Shown: positions 45,852 through 55,081 of the stretch, piece by piece
How the letters are laid out: each line of letters begins with the position of its first letter
How positions within the stretch are numbered: position 1 is the first letter of the stretch
Assembly: GCA_964518765.1 (NCBI GenBank)
Contig: CAZFJC010000001.1
Span: 11,595-75,594 of the forward strand
Origin: an uncultured bacterium
GTDB taxonomy: Bacteria > Edwardsbacteria > AC1 > EtOH8
Reading direction: 5' to 3'
Length of the DNA: 64,000 nucleotides
Translations under genes and position numbers: made by a program
The notes under the pieces: generated by a model
Database searches by the model: none
What the model saw: only the letters and a program-made list of their open reading frames with translations
Told to the model about the DNA's origin: nothing

Positions 45852-47945
45852 ATGGAAAAGTCCTCGATATCTATCTTCGCTCTTGCGCTGCTGGCCGCTG
45901 GCGTATGCGCCCAGCCAATACCGCCAACCGCCAGTACGATCGAATGGACCGACAGCATCCACGGTTACCTCAGGAGGGACGAATACCACTGGCTGAAAAA
46001 CAGGGAGGACCCGGAGGTTCTGGCCTATCTCCGGGCGGAGAACGTCTATGCCGATACCATGCTTTCGCAATCAAGGAAGCTTCGGGAAAGGCTGTATCGG
46101 GAGATGAGAAAAGGGGTCCGCGACGAGGACCTTTCCGTGCCGGTCAAGGTCGACAGCTTCTACTACTACGACCGAACGCTGAAGGGTAAGGAATACAGCC
46201 TCTACTGCCGCAAGAAGGGAAGCCTTAAGGCCCGGGAGGAGGTCCTGCTGGATGAGAACAAATTGGCGGAGGGCAGAAAATACTTTTCCATCGATGGGAC
46301 TAAAATCAGCCCCGACCATAGAATTTTAGCGTATCTGGCCGATACCAGCGGCGCCTTCCTCTACACCATATATTTCAAAGACCTGTCCGAAGGTAGACTA
46401 GTTGATTCTATCTCCTCATCCCTGGGAATGGCGTGGGCTTCGGACAGCCGGACCGTCTTCTACGAGGCATGCGATTCGACCCAAAGAGCGGACCGCATTC
46501 TCCGACACCGTTTGGGAGAACCGGCCGACAGCGACCGGGTGGTCTACCATGAAAAAGATCCGGAGTTCACCTCCAGCATCTACCGGTCCCAGTCCCGCAA
46601 ATACCTTATCATTCATTCCTACAGCAAGACGACCACCGAAGCCTGGCTCTGTCCGGCCGACCGCCCCGATTCGGGCTTTACCTTGTTCCAACCAAGGAAT
46701 CCCGGCATCGAATACTATCTGGAGCACCGCGGCGATTCGCTGTACGTCTTTACCAACGATAGTGCCGAAAACTATCGTCTCCTCTCCGCGCCGATCAGCG
46801 GTTGGCAGCATGTGCCTTGGAACCAGGTCATTCCCGGACGCCGGGACGTTCTCTTGGAGGATGTCCGGCTATACCGCGATTACCTGGTGGTGATGGAACG
46901 GGAGCGCGGCCTCCAGAAATTGCGGGTCATCTCACGGGACGGAACGATCGACAGGTACCTTACATTTCCGGAGCCGACCTACTCAGTCTACCCCTGGCGG
47001 AGCTACGAATTTGATGCCACCCTTTTACGCTATACCTACAACTCCATGGTCACCCCACCGGCGGTATACGACTACGACATGAGATCTGGCTCCTACCTGC
47101 TGAAGAAGCGATACTCGGTGCCAGGCTACAAACCGGAAAGATATGTATCCGAGCGCATCTATGCGCCAGCGCCAGACGGCGAGATGATCCCCGTCTCCCT
47201 GGTCTACCGCCGCGATCTCAGAAAGCCCGGCGGAAATCCCTGTATGCTGAGAAGCTATGGGGCATACGGAACGAGCAGCAATCCCAATTTCAGCTCCACC
47301 GGCATCAGCCTGCTGGACCGGGGCTTCATCCTGGCCATAGCCCATGTGCGGGGTGGCCAGGAGTTGGGCCGCCGATGGTACGTCGACGGCAAGCTGCTGA
47401 AGAAGCTGAACACCTTCACCGACTTCATCGCCTGCGCCGAGCACCTAGTGGCCAAGGGGTACACCTCGCCTTCGCTCCTGGCCATCGGTGGCGGCAGCGC
47501 CGGGGGGCTGCTCATCGGGGCGGTAGTCAACATGAGACCGGACCTGTTCCGGGCCGCGGTCCTCGACGTTCCGTTCCTGGACATGATCAACACTATGCTG
47601 GACCCGACCATCCCGTTGACCACCATCGAGTACCAGGAATGGGGAGACCCAAGGATTAAGCAGTATTACGAGTACATGGCCTCCTATGCACCCTACGAGA
47701 ACATCAGGGCCCAGGATTACCCGGCCATGCTGGTGACCGGAGGGTTGAACGACGCCAACGTTCCCTATTGGGAGCCGGCCAAGTGGGTGGCCAGGCTGAG
47801 AAGGATGAAGACCGATTCCAATCCGTTGCTCCTGAAGATCGATATGTCCAGCGGGCACGGCGGGGCCTCGGGGCGATTCGCCTACCTTAGGGACACGGCT
47901 TTCGAGTTCGCTTTTTTGCTGGACATAATGGGGATTAAAAAATAG
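45852..47945 (+). CDS. S9A prolyl-oligopeptidase-family peptidase (oligopeptidase B-like) with a signal peptide.
   Basis: Signal peptide (IFALALLAAGVCA). N-terminal beta-propeller region and C-terminal catalytic domain with GGSAGGLL nucleophile elbow. The track start at 45657 is an upstream artefactual extension. Confidence 0.75.
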   Translation: MEKSSISIFALALLAAGVCAQPIPPTASTIEWTDSIHGYLRRDEYHWLKNREDPEVLAYLRAENVYADTMLSQSRKLRERLYREMRKGVRDEDLSVPVKVDSFYYYDRTLKGKEYSLYCRKKGSLKAREEVLLDENKLAEGRKYFSIDGTKISPDHRILAYLADTSGAFLYTIYFKDLSEGRLVDSISSSLGMAWASDSRTVFYEACDSTQRADRILRHRLGEPADSDRVVYHEKDPEFTSSIYRSQSRKYLIIHSYSKTTTEAWLCPADRPDSGFTLFQPRNPGIEYYLEHRGDSLYVFTNDSAENYRLLSAPISGWQHVPWNQVIPGRRDVLLEDVRLYRDYLVVMERERGLQKLRVISRDGTIDRYLTFPEPTYSVYPWRSYEFDATLLRYTYNSMVTPPAVYDYDMRSGSYLLKKRYSVPGYKPERYVSERIYAPAPDGEMIPVSLVYRRDLRKPGGNPCMLRSYGAYGTSSNPNFSSTGISLLDRGFILAIAHVRGGQELGRRWYVDGKLLKKLNTFTDFIACAEHLVAKGYTSPSLLAIGGGSAGGLLIGAVVNMRPDLFRAAVLDVPFLDMINTMLDPTIPLTTIEYQEWGDPRIKQYYEYMASYAPYENIRAQDYPAMLVTGGLNDANVPYWEPAKWVARLRRMKTDSNPLLLKIDMSSGHGGASGRFAYLRDTAFEFAFLLDIMGIKK

Positions 47946-47955
47946 GAGAAAACCA

Positions 47956-48714
47956 ATGGATCCCAAAATACGTCAACGGCTTTATTTTTTTGTTGGCGGT
48001 CTGGTCACTTTGTTGTTTCTAGGATCTTCCGCTTCAGCCGCCTTTTTTATCGATCTGGAGGCTGGCGCTGTTTTTAACGGTTATAATGATGTACGCATCC
48101 CGGGTAAGGGAGGCACCCGGATCTCGCTCTCCCGGGAGCTGAACTCGGAAGCAGTCCCCTACGGACGGGCGAGAATAGGTCGAAGCCTTGGCAAACGCCA
48201 CAACCTGAGCCTTCTGGTGGCCCCGCTTCGCATCGAGGCTTCAGGCATCGCGGCCAAAGACATCGTCTATCTGGGGGAGACCTTTACCTCAGGCAGCGCG
48301 CTGACCTCCTCATACCGCTTCGACTCCTACCGTCTTACCTATCGTTGGGATGGGCTCCATAGGAGAAAATTGGAGGCCGGGATCGGATTCACCGCCAAGA
48401 TTCGCCACGCCTCCATAAGCTTGTCAGACACGGACAGATGCGTCGAAAAAAAGAACACCGGCTTCGTGCCCATCGTCAATTTCCGTGTGGCCTGGCGGCC
48501 GTCGGAGCGGCTGACGGCGCTTTTGGAGGGCGACGCCCTGGCCGCGCCGCAGGGCCGGGCCGAGGACGTTTTCGTCGGCGCCGCCTGGAGGCTGGGCAAA
48601 CGTGTCTCGCTCAAAGCCGGATACCGGTTGCTGGAGGGCGGGACCGACAATGACGAGGTCTATACCTTCAGTCTTTTCCATTACGCCGCCATGGGGGCTA
48701 TGATCGACCTATGA
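47956..48714 (+). CDS. Hypothetical outer-membrane/secreted beta-rich protein.
   Basis: Signal peptide (LLFLGSSASAAF); alternating hydrophobic pattern; aromatic-rich C-terminus. Confidence 0.4.
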   Translation: MDPKIRQRLYFFVGGLVTLLFLGSSASAAFFIDLEAGAVFNGYNDVRIPGKGGTRISLSRELNSEAVPYGRARIGRSLGKRHNLSLLVAPLRIEASGIAAKDIVYLGETFTSGSALTSSYRFDSYRLTYRWDGLHRRKLEAGIGFTAKIRHASISLSDTDRCVEKKNTGFVPIVNFRVAWRPSERLTALLEGDALAAPQGRAEDVFVGAAWRLGKRVSLKAGYRLLEGGTDNDEVYTFSLFHYAAMGAMIDL

Positions 48715-49292
48715 CCACTGTCAAGGAGCTTGTCTACAGGAACCGCAGCTTCCGGCGTTTCCGGCAGGAGAGCAGTATTTCGCTGGAGAGCTTGAAGGCC
48801 CTGGTCGACCTGGGAAGGATGTCGGCTTGCAGCGCCAACAGGCAGCCCCTGAAGTATGTGATTTCAACATCTCCGGAAGCGAACTCCTCGATCTTCCCGC
48901 ACCTGAGGTGGGCCAAAAAACTGCCCAACTGGCCGGGGCCGGCTGAGGGGGAGAGGCCGGCAGCCTACATCGTAATCGTTGGGGATAGAGAGGTCAGCCA
49001 AAGTTTCGGACAGGACTACGGCATAGCCGCCCAGAGCATCATGCTGGGGGCGGCCGAGGCAGGCCTGGGGGGCTGCATGATAGCCAACATCGACCGTAAG
49101 GGGCTTCGGGAGTCCCTCAAGCTCGGAATCCGTTACGATATCCTATTGGTTCTGGCCTTGGGCGTGCCAGCGGAGACCGTCGTGGTTGACGAGCTCGAGC
49201 CGGGCGACGATCCGAATTATTGGCGCGACGCTCAGCAGGTGCATCATGTGCCTAAGCGCCGGTTGGACGATATCATCATCGCGCACTACTAG
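48711..49292 (+). CDS. Nitroreductase-family protein.
   Basis: RRSFRRF N-terminal motif and a nitroreductase-like fold signature. Confidence 0.65.
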   Translation: MTTVKELVYRNRSFRRFRQESSISLESLKALVDLGRMSACSANRQPLKYVISTSPEANSSIFPHLRWAKKLPNWPGPAEGERPAAYIVIVGDREVSQSFGQDYGIAAQSIMLGAAEAGLGGCMIANIDRKGLRESLKLGIRYDILLVLALGVPAETVVVDELEPGDDPNYWRDAQQVHHVPKRRLDDIIIAHY

Positions 49293-49301
49293 CGTCGTGG
49301 C

Positions 49302-50437
49302 ATGAAGTGGTCCCCGGATAGTGTTCGCTTCGACCGCAATGAGCTCTCCGGCGCCTTCGGCGATATCGGAACCGATCTGCCGCTGCTGGTGGGCATGGTT
49401 GCCGCCTGCGGCTGGACTCGGCCAGCACGCTGGTGATGTTCGGCCTTATGCAGGTCTTCACTGGCCTATGTTACGGTTTGCCGATGCCGGTTCAGCCCCT
49501 GAAGGCCATGGCGGCCCTGATGATCGCCCGGAAACTTCCGGCGGCCACCCTATACGGGGCCGGGCTATCCATCGGAACCTTGATGCTCCTGCTGACGCTG
49601 ACCGGCACTTTGGAATGGCTGGCCCGGGTCATACCAAAGTCAGTGGTGAGGGGGATTCAGTTCGGGCTGGGACTTTCCCTGGCCAAGATAGCGGCCAGCA
49701 ACTACGTTTTAGCGGAGTCGTGGCCGGGTTACCTCCTGGCGGCGGCGAGCTTTGCCATCGTCGCCGTATTTATGGGGAACCGACGTTTGCCGCCGGCACT
49801 GCTGGTGATCCTTTTAGGGGTTTTATATGCCCTGGTTTTCAGAATGGACCCAGCCGCCCTGGGCCAAGGCATCGGCGTGTCACTGCCTCGGATAAACTTG
49901 ATAAGGTGGCCCGACATCATGACCGGATTCTTGGCCCTGGCGCTACCGCAGATACCCCTGTCCATAGCCAATTCAGTGGTGGCCACTAATCAGACTCTGG
50001 GAGATCTTTTCCCCGATAGGAAGGTTGGCATCAGAAGGATAGGCCTCAGCTATTCGCTGATGAACCTGGTTAACGCCTGGCTGTCCGGGGTGCCCACCTG
50101 CCACGGTACCGGCGGTCTGGCCGGGCACTAAGCTTTCGGGGCGCGCACCGGAGGATCGGTGGTTATTTGCGGGTCCATGTACCTGGCCCTGGGTCTCTTT
50201 TTTCCCAGATCATTTGGCGAGGCCGTCAAGGCTTTCCCCATGCCAGTACTCGGGGTCATCCTTTTATTCGAATCACTGGCGCTAATGATGTTCGTGCGCG
50301 ATATCGCCGCCGACAGCCGGGGGCTGTTCATCGCCTTGCTGGTAGCGCTGTCGTACCTGGCCCTGCCGAACGGTTACGTGATCGGAATTATTCTGGGAAG
50401 CGCGCTGCACTATCTGCCTTTGATCTTTAAACACTGA
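49302..50437 (+). pseudogene. MOT-family (PF16983-like) molybdate/oxoanion transporter gene disrupted by a -1 frameshift near 49412 and an in-frame TAA at 50129-50131.
   Basis: N-terminus FDRNELSGAFGDIGTDLPLLVGM (frame 0) continues as LDSASTLVMFGLMQVF ... PMPVQPLKAMAA only in another frame. Later GTGGLAGH-TAA-AFGARTGGSVV reads through the family's conserved GGLAG-x-Y-x-FGARTGG block if TAA replaces Tyr. Confidence 0.55.
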
Positions 50438-50452
50438 TTCGAGGGAATCCTT

Positions 50453-51649
50453 ATGAGCCTGACGAAGGTAGACCGGATCCTGGTTTCCCTAAAGAGGCTT
50501 AAGGCCAACATGAAGGGTCGGGACTTCCTGCTGACGTGGGAGCAAAGCATCGATGAGATCAAGGCCGTGGCCCTGGTGGCCGAAGCGATGCAGGATCTGC
50601 ACCGGCAGGGGCGGAGCCTGAGGATTTTCGACTCCGGCCTGGCCATCTCCATCTTCCGGGACAAGTCAACCCGTACCCGTTTCTCCTTCGCCTCGGCCGC
50701 CAATCTGTTAGGGCTGTCGGTGGCCGACCTGGACGAGGAGAAGTCGCAGATCGCTCACGGAGAGACGGTGCGGGAGACGGCCAACATGATCTCGTTTCTC
50801 ACCGAGACCATCGGCATCCGTGATGACATGTTCCTGGGCGAGGGCAACAGGTACATGAGAGAGGTGGGGGAGGCGGTGACCGAGGGCCATGAAAACGGGG
50901 TGCTGCACCAGCGGCCCAATATCATCAATCTTCAGTGCGACATCGACCACCCCACCCAGAGCATGGCCGATTTGCTGATGCTCCAGGACCACTTCGGCGG
51001 CTTCGAAAAAATGAGGGGGAGGAAGATCGCCATGACCTGGGCTTACTCCCCCAGCTACGGCAAGCCGCTCTCGGTGCCCCAGGGCATCATCGGCCTGATG
51101 ACCCGGTTCGGCATGGAGGTGGTGCTGGCGCATCCCCCAGGCTACGGTCTGTTGCCGGATGTTCTTGAAGTGGCCAGGAGAAACGCTGCCGCCTGCCGAG
51201 GCCAGTTTCAAGTGGTCGACTCCATGGAGGAAGCCTTCAAGGACGCCGACGTGGTATATCCCAAGTCCTGGGCGCCATACAAGGTAATGGAGCGCCGCAC
51301 CGAGCTGCTGAAGAGCAACGACCGCCCGGGGCTGGCCGAATTGGAGAAGGAGTGTCTGGCCAACAACGCCAAATACACCCTTTGGGAGTGCGACGCCCGT
51401 AAGATGGCGCTGACACGCGGCGGAAAGGCCCTCTACATGCACTGCCTGCCGGCCGACATCAGTGGGGTCTCATGTAAGCAGGGAGAGGTCTCGGCCGAGG
51501 TGTTCGATAAATACCGGCTGCTGACGTACCGCCAGGCCGGATTTAAACCATTCGTCATCGCGGCCATGATATTTATAGCCAAGTTCGACAATCCGGCAAA
51601 GGCCCTGGCAAGGATAGTGAAATCAAAAAGACAGAGGTTGAAAGCTTGA
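50453..51649 (+). CDS. ygeW: YgeW-type knotted carbamoyltransferase.
   Basis: STRTRFSF carbamoyl-phosphate-binding motif and HCLP motif; about 400 aa, typical of YgeW. Confidence 0.8.
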   Translation: MSLTKVDRILVSLKRLKANMKGRDFLLTWEQSIDEIKAVALVAEAMQDLHRQGRSLRIFDSGLAISIFRDKSTRTRFSFASAANLLGLSVADLDEEKSQIAHGETVRETANMISFLTETIGIRDDMFLGEGNRYMREVGEAVTEGHENGVLHQRPNIINLQCDIDHPTQSMADLLMLQDHFGGFEKMRGRKIAMTWAYSPSYGKPLSVPQGIIGLMTRFGMEVVLAHPPGYGLLPDVLEVARRNAAACRGQFQVVDSMEEAFKDADVVYPKSWAPYKVMERRTELLKSNDRPGLAELEKECLANNAKYTLWECDARKMALTRGGKALYMHCLPADISGVSCKQGEVSAEVFDKYRLLTYRQAGFKPFVIAAMIFIAKFDNPAKALARIVKSKRQRLKA

Positions 51650-52011
51650 CCTGTTACATGCTGCAGATAGATCGCTCAGCAAAAGAATAAATTGACTATC
51701 ATATTAATTCAGAAAAACGGAAAACCCACCCTGGCCGGCGGTGTTCGGTCAATCCGATGCACGCCGGCAAAGGGGTCCGGGGGCGCCGAGCGACTGGGGG
51801 AGGGGCCGAAAGCGGAAGCGAAGGCTATTCCCAGCCCAAACCTTGCACCAACTGATGATGATTAATGCCGTAAAACCTGATTATTGTATTGAGCCCTGCG
51901 CCCCCGGCCTGAGCCTGCCGAAGTGTGCCTCTTCGGCCTTTTGAGGGCAGTCAGAAACGGCAGATAGCTTTACCCGAAAAGGCAGGATGGTCTAGAAAAA
52001 AAGGAGCATAG
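51650..52011 (+). promoter_or_regulatory. About 360-nt structured leader upstream of the PLP-enzyme gene, including a nested hairpin (51735-51767) and a terminator-like hairpin GCCGAAG-n7-CTTCGGC + cTTTT (51925-51950).
   Basis: This is the longest non-coding gap in the window. It is GC-rich and structured in the middle, with an AT-rich promoter-like 5' end and AAAGGAG RBS before the ATG at 52012. Confidence 0.3.
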
Positions 52012-53469
52012 ATGTCCCGCATCATTAAGACCATGAACCATGAAGTGATAAAGCGCACCGCCCGACGTTGCCGGGAACGCAACATCATCATTCCTACCTT
52101 CGCCCAAATGAGGGACCCGACGCTGATACCCAACGCCATCAGGACGAAGCTGAAGGGGGTAGGGCTGTGGGATGTCAATCCTCTCAACCTCTTCCGCATC
52201 ACCTGGAAGAACGACGTCGGCACCGGACTGTTCGGCGGCGTAAACTATTTGGAGGTGCCCCGAGAGCTGACCGGAATCCGGGCTCGAGTGATCGGCTTGG
52301 TGGGCAAGTACTTCCCCACCGGAGCGCACAAGGTGGGCGCGGCCTTTGGCTGCCTGGTGCCCAGGCTGGTGAGTGGCGAGTTCGACCCCACCGTTCACAA
52401 GGCGGTGTGGCCGTCCACTGGAAATTACTGCCGCGGCGGGGCGTTCGACTGCGCCCTGTTGAACTGCACGGCCGTGGCCATCCTGCCTGAGGAGATGTCT
52501 CAGGAGAGGTTCGACTGGCTTCGCCAAATAGGCGCCGAGGTCATCGCCACCCCGGGCTGCGAATCCAACGTCAAGGAGATCTACGACAAGTGCCACGAGC
52601 TGCGGACCGATCCGCGCCACGTGATCTTCAACCAGTTCGACGAATTCGGCAATCCCATCTGGCACTACCATGTCACCGGACCAGCCATCCAGGAGGTGTT
52701 CGAGGGGATGAAGGACGATAAGCTGCGGGCCGCGGCCTACATCTCTGCCACGGGATCGGCCGGGACCATCGCTGCCGGCGACTACCTGAGAAAGCTGCAT
52801 CCGCATATTAGGGTGGTAGCCACCGAGGCCCTACAGTGCCCCACCCTTTTCCTCAACGGATTCGGCGGCCACCGTATCGAAGGGATCGGCGATAAGCACG
52901 TGCCCTGGGTGCACAACGTTCGCAACACCGACGCCGTGGCCGCCATCGACGACGAGGACTGCATGAGGGTTCTCAGGCTCTTCAATGAGCCGGCGGGACG
53001 TGAATATATCAGGTCTTTGGGGATATCCGAGGACGCCGCCACAAAAGTGCCGCTGCTGGGGATCTCGTCGATATGCAACCTGCTGTCCGCCATCAAGGCC
53101 GCTAGGTACTACGAGCTAAACGAGCGGGATGTGATCTTCACCGTATTTACCGATTCCATGGAGCTGTACCAGTCGCGGATACAAGAGCAGAAGGAGATAA
53201 AGGGCGACTACGATAGGATGCAGGCGGCCCGCGACTATGAGGGGGCAATAGCCCACCTGCGCGACGACTGGTTCCGCGAGCTTAACTACCGGGAGCGGAA
53301 ACAGATCCACAACCTTAAATATTACACCTGGGTGGAGCAGCAGGGCAAGACCTACGAGGAGATATTGGCGCAATGGGATCCCGAATACTGGAGGCAGATA
53401 TTCGAGGACGAGGTGGGATATTTCGATCGGTTGATCAAGGAATTCAACACCCAGGTGGGCCTCGAGTAA
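52012..53469 (+). CDS. PLP-dependent fold-type-II enzyme (YgeX/diaminopropionate-ammonia-lyase-like or cysteine-synthase-like) with a long C-terminal extension.
   Basis: FPTGAHKVGAAFG lysine context and a glycine-rich loop (SATGSAGT). Confidence 0.55.
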   Translation: MSRIIKTMNHEVIKRTARRCRERNIIIPTFAQMRDPTLIPNAIRTKLKGVGLWDVNPLNLFRITWKNDVGTGLFGGVNYLEVPRELTGIRARVIGLVGKYFPTGAHKVGAAFGCLVPRLVSGEFDPTVHKAVWPSTGNYCRGGAFDCALLNCTAVAILPEEMSQERFDWLRQIGAEVIATPGCESNVKEIYDKCHELRTDPRHVIFNQFDEFGNPIWHYHVTGPAIQEVFEGMKDDKLRAAAYISATGSAGTIAAGDYLRKLHPHIRVVATEALQCPTLFLNGFGGHRIEGIGDKHVPWVHNVRNTDAVAAIDDEDCMRVLRLFNEPAGREYIRSLGISEDAATKVPLLGISSICNLLSAIKAARYYELNERDVIFTVFTDSMELYQSRIQEQKEIKGDYDRMQAARDYEGAIAHLRDDWFRELNYRERKQIHNLKYYTWVEQQGKTYEEILAQWDPEYWRQIFEDEVGYFDRLIKEFNTQVGLE

Positions 53470-53514
53470 AACTAGCTGCCTTCCTTGCCTCAAGGCGGTG
53501 GATAGGATAAAGTC

Positions 53515-54123
53515 ATGGCGAAGAAACTCGCGGCCGTCATCCTGGCAGCGGGAAAGGGGAGAAGGATAGGGCATCCCAAGTTATTCCTGGAGCTGGGCGG
53601 GGTGCCCTTCTGGAGACTGATATCTGGAAGGCTGAGGAAAGCCGGTATAAGGGATATGGTGGTGGTCGTCAGAAGGTCTCAAAAGGGCTCGGTTGATAAA
53701 GATAAAGAAAGGCTGGTGAGGGTAGCAGTCAACAGGAATCCGTCCTGGGGCATGTTCTCGTCAATCCAATGCGGCCTGCGGGCGATGAAAGGGTTTGACG
53801 GGTATCTTCTATGCCCGGTTGACCATCCCGGCGTCAAGGTGCGGACCTATGAGAAACTCCACCAGGGTTTTCAAAAAAATCCAGAGGCCGTGGCCAGGCC
53901 GATTTTCCAGGGGAAAAGGGGTCACCCCATCGTCATTCCGAAAAATTTGGCCGACCGCCTGCTTAACAGCAATCCCAGCAACAGATTGGACTATTTGATC
54001 CAGAGAATGGGATGGCCACTGATCGATATTAAGGTAAAAGATAAATATATAATATTCAACATCAATACATATAAAGAGTTAGAAATTGCAGGAAAACATC
54101 TTAGATCTATTATATGCCGCTAA
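53515..54123 (+). CDS. mocA: Molybdenum cofactor cytidylyltransferase (MocA/MobA-like NTP transferase).
   Basis: AVILAAGKGRRIG nucleotide-binding motif; about 200 aa. Confidence 0.7.
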   Translation: MAKKLAAVILAAGKGRRIGHPKLFLELGGVPFWRLISGRLRKAGIRDMVVVVRRSQKGSVDKDKERLVRVAVNRNPSWGMFSSIQCGLRAMKGFDGYLLCPVDHPGVKVRTYEKLHQGFQKNPEAVARPIFQGKRGHPIVIPKNLADRLLNSNPSNRLDYLIQRMGWPLIDIKVKDKYIIFNINTYKELEIAGKHLRSIICR

Positions 54124-54892
54124 AAGGGATAACAGGAAGCTTTGGTTGGTGACCGTGATTTCCACCCAGGGCTCGACCCCGGGAAAGCCAGGGATGAAAA
54201 TGGTGGTATATCCGGACGGAACCACGGCCGGGACCATAGGCGGCGGCCAGGTGGAGAGGGAGGTCATCGCCGAGGTGATGGAAAAACGTTATCCGGTACT
54301 GACGAAACGCCAATATCAGATGGGCGGGGACTTCGGAGAAAAAGGCGGCATGGCCTGTGGCGGAGCCCAGGAGTTGATCATCGAGCCGTTGGGGACGGCC
54401 ACCCCCCTCTACATCATAGGGGCCGGGCATTGCGCCGTGGAGCTCTCGGCCCTGGCCGGCCGTTGCGGTTTTGCGGTGACGGTGATCGACGATCGTCCGG
54501 AGTGGGCCAACAGGGAAAAACATCCGCAGGCCCATACTTCCATCTGCCAGGGATACTCGGACCTGGAAAAGCACATTGCATTCTCGGAAGATGCTTTCAT
54601 TGTCATCATGACCCACCAGCATCTTCATGACGAGGAAGCGCTCAGGTACTGCATCCGCAGGAAGTGGCGCTATCTGGGCATGATCGGCAGCCGACGCAAG
54701 GTCGGACTTCTCTTCGACAAGCTGGCCGCGGAGGGAGTGGAACCCTCTGTTCTGGGCCGTGTCCGCGCTCCCATAGGTTTGGACATCGGATCGGAGACGC
54801 CGGCCGAGATAGCGGTTAGCATCGCCGCTCAGCTGATCGAGGTGAGAAACGGCAGAAAGGGATATGCGGCGGCCAGGTCTGAGGCGTCTTGA
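54086..54892 (+). CDS. xdhC: XdhC/CoxI-family molybdenum hydroxylase accessory protein (TTG start, overlaps mocA).
   Basis: N-terminal XdhC domain (WLVTVISTQGSTPGKPGMKMVV) and Rossmann-like C-terminal domain (LYIIGAGHCAVELSALA). Confidence 0.7.
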   Translation: MQENILDLLYAAKRDNRKLWLVTVISTQGSTPGKPGMKMVVYPDGTTAGTIGGGQVEREVIAEVMEKRYPVLTKRQYQMGGDFGEKGGMACGGAQELIIEPLGTATPLYIIGAGHCAVELSALAGRCGFAVTVIDDRPEWANREKHPQAHTSICQGYSDLEKHIAFSEDAFIVIMTHQHLHDEEALRYCIRRKWRYLGMIGSRRKVGLLFDKLAAEGVEPSVLGRVRAPIGLDIGSETPAEIAVSIAAQLIEVRNGRKGYAAARSEAS

Positions 54893-55081
54893 AAAAGCTC
54901 ATTCTCGACAATCGATGAAAATGGTCATTGCCGGCGTTTGCTACCAGAAAGCTCCAGGTCCCTGCCGTCGGGCCGAGCCAACCGGGGTTTATCGGTGGGC
55001 TGGGGAGGGGCTGACAGCGCTGAAGGCGCGGCCGGCCCGGTATGATTCGATATCATCTCGAGGCCGATAGGTTTAGCTGGC

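Noticed and set aside
49321-49989. 222-aa + strand ORF in an alternative frame
   Set aside because: It overlaps the MOT-family reading frame, and its translation is Ala/Gly/Pro-rich with no motifs. It is an alternate-frame artefact created by the frameshifted transporter gene.
50129-50131. In-frame stop in the transporter gene as possible selenocysteine recoding (given the selenium-linked cluster)
   Set aside because: The codon is TAA, not TGA, and no SECIS-like hairpin follows. It is treated as a nonsense mutation or a sequencing error.
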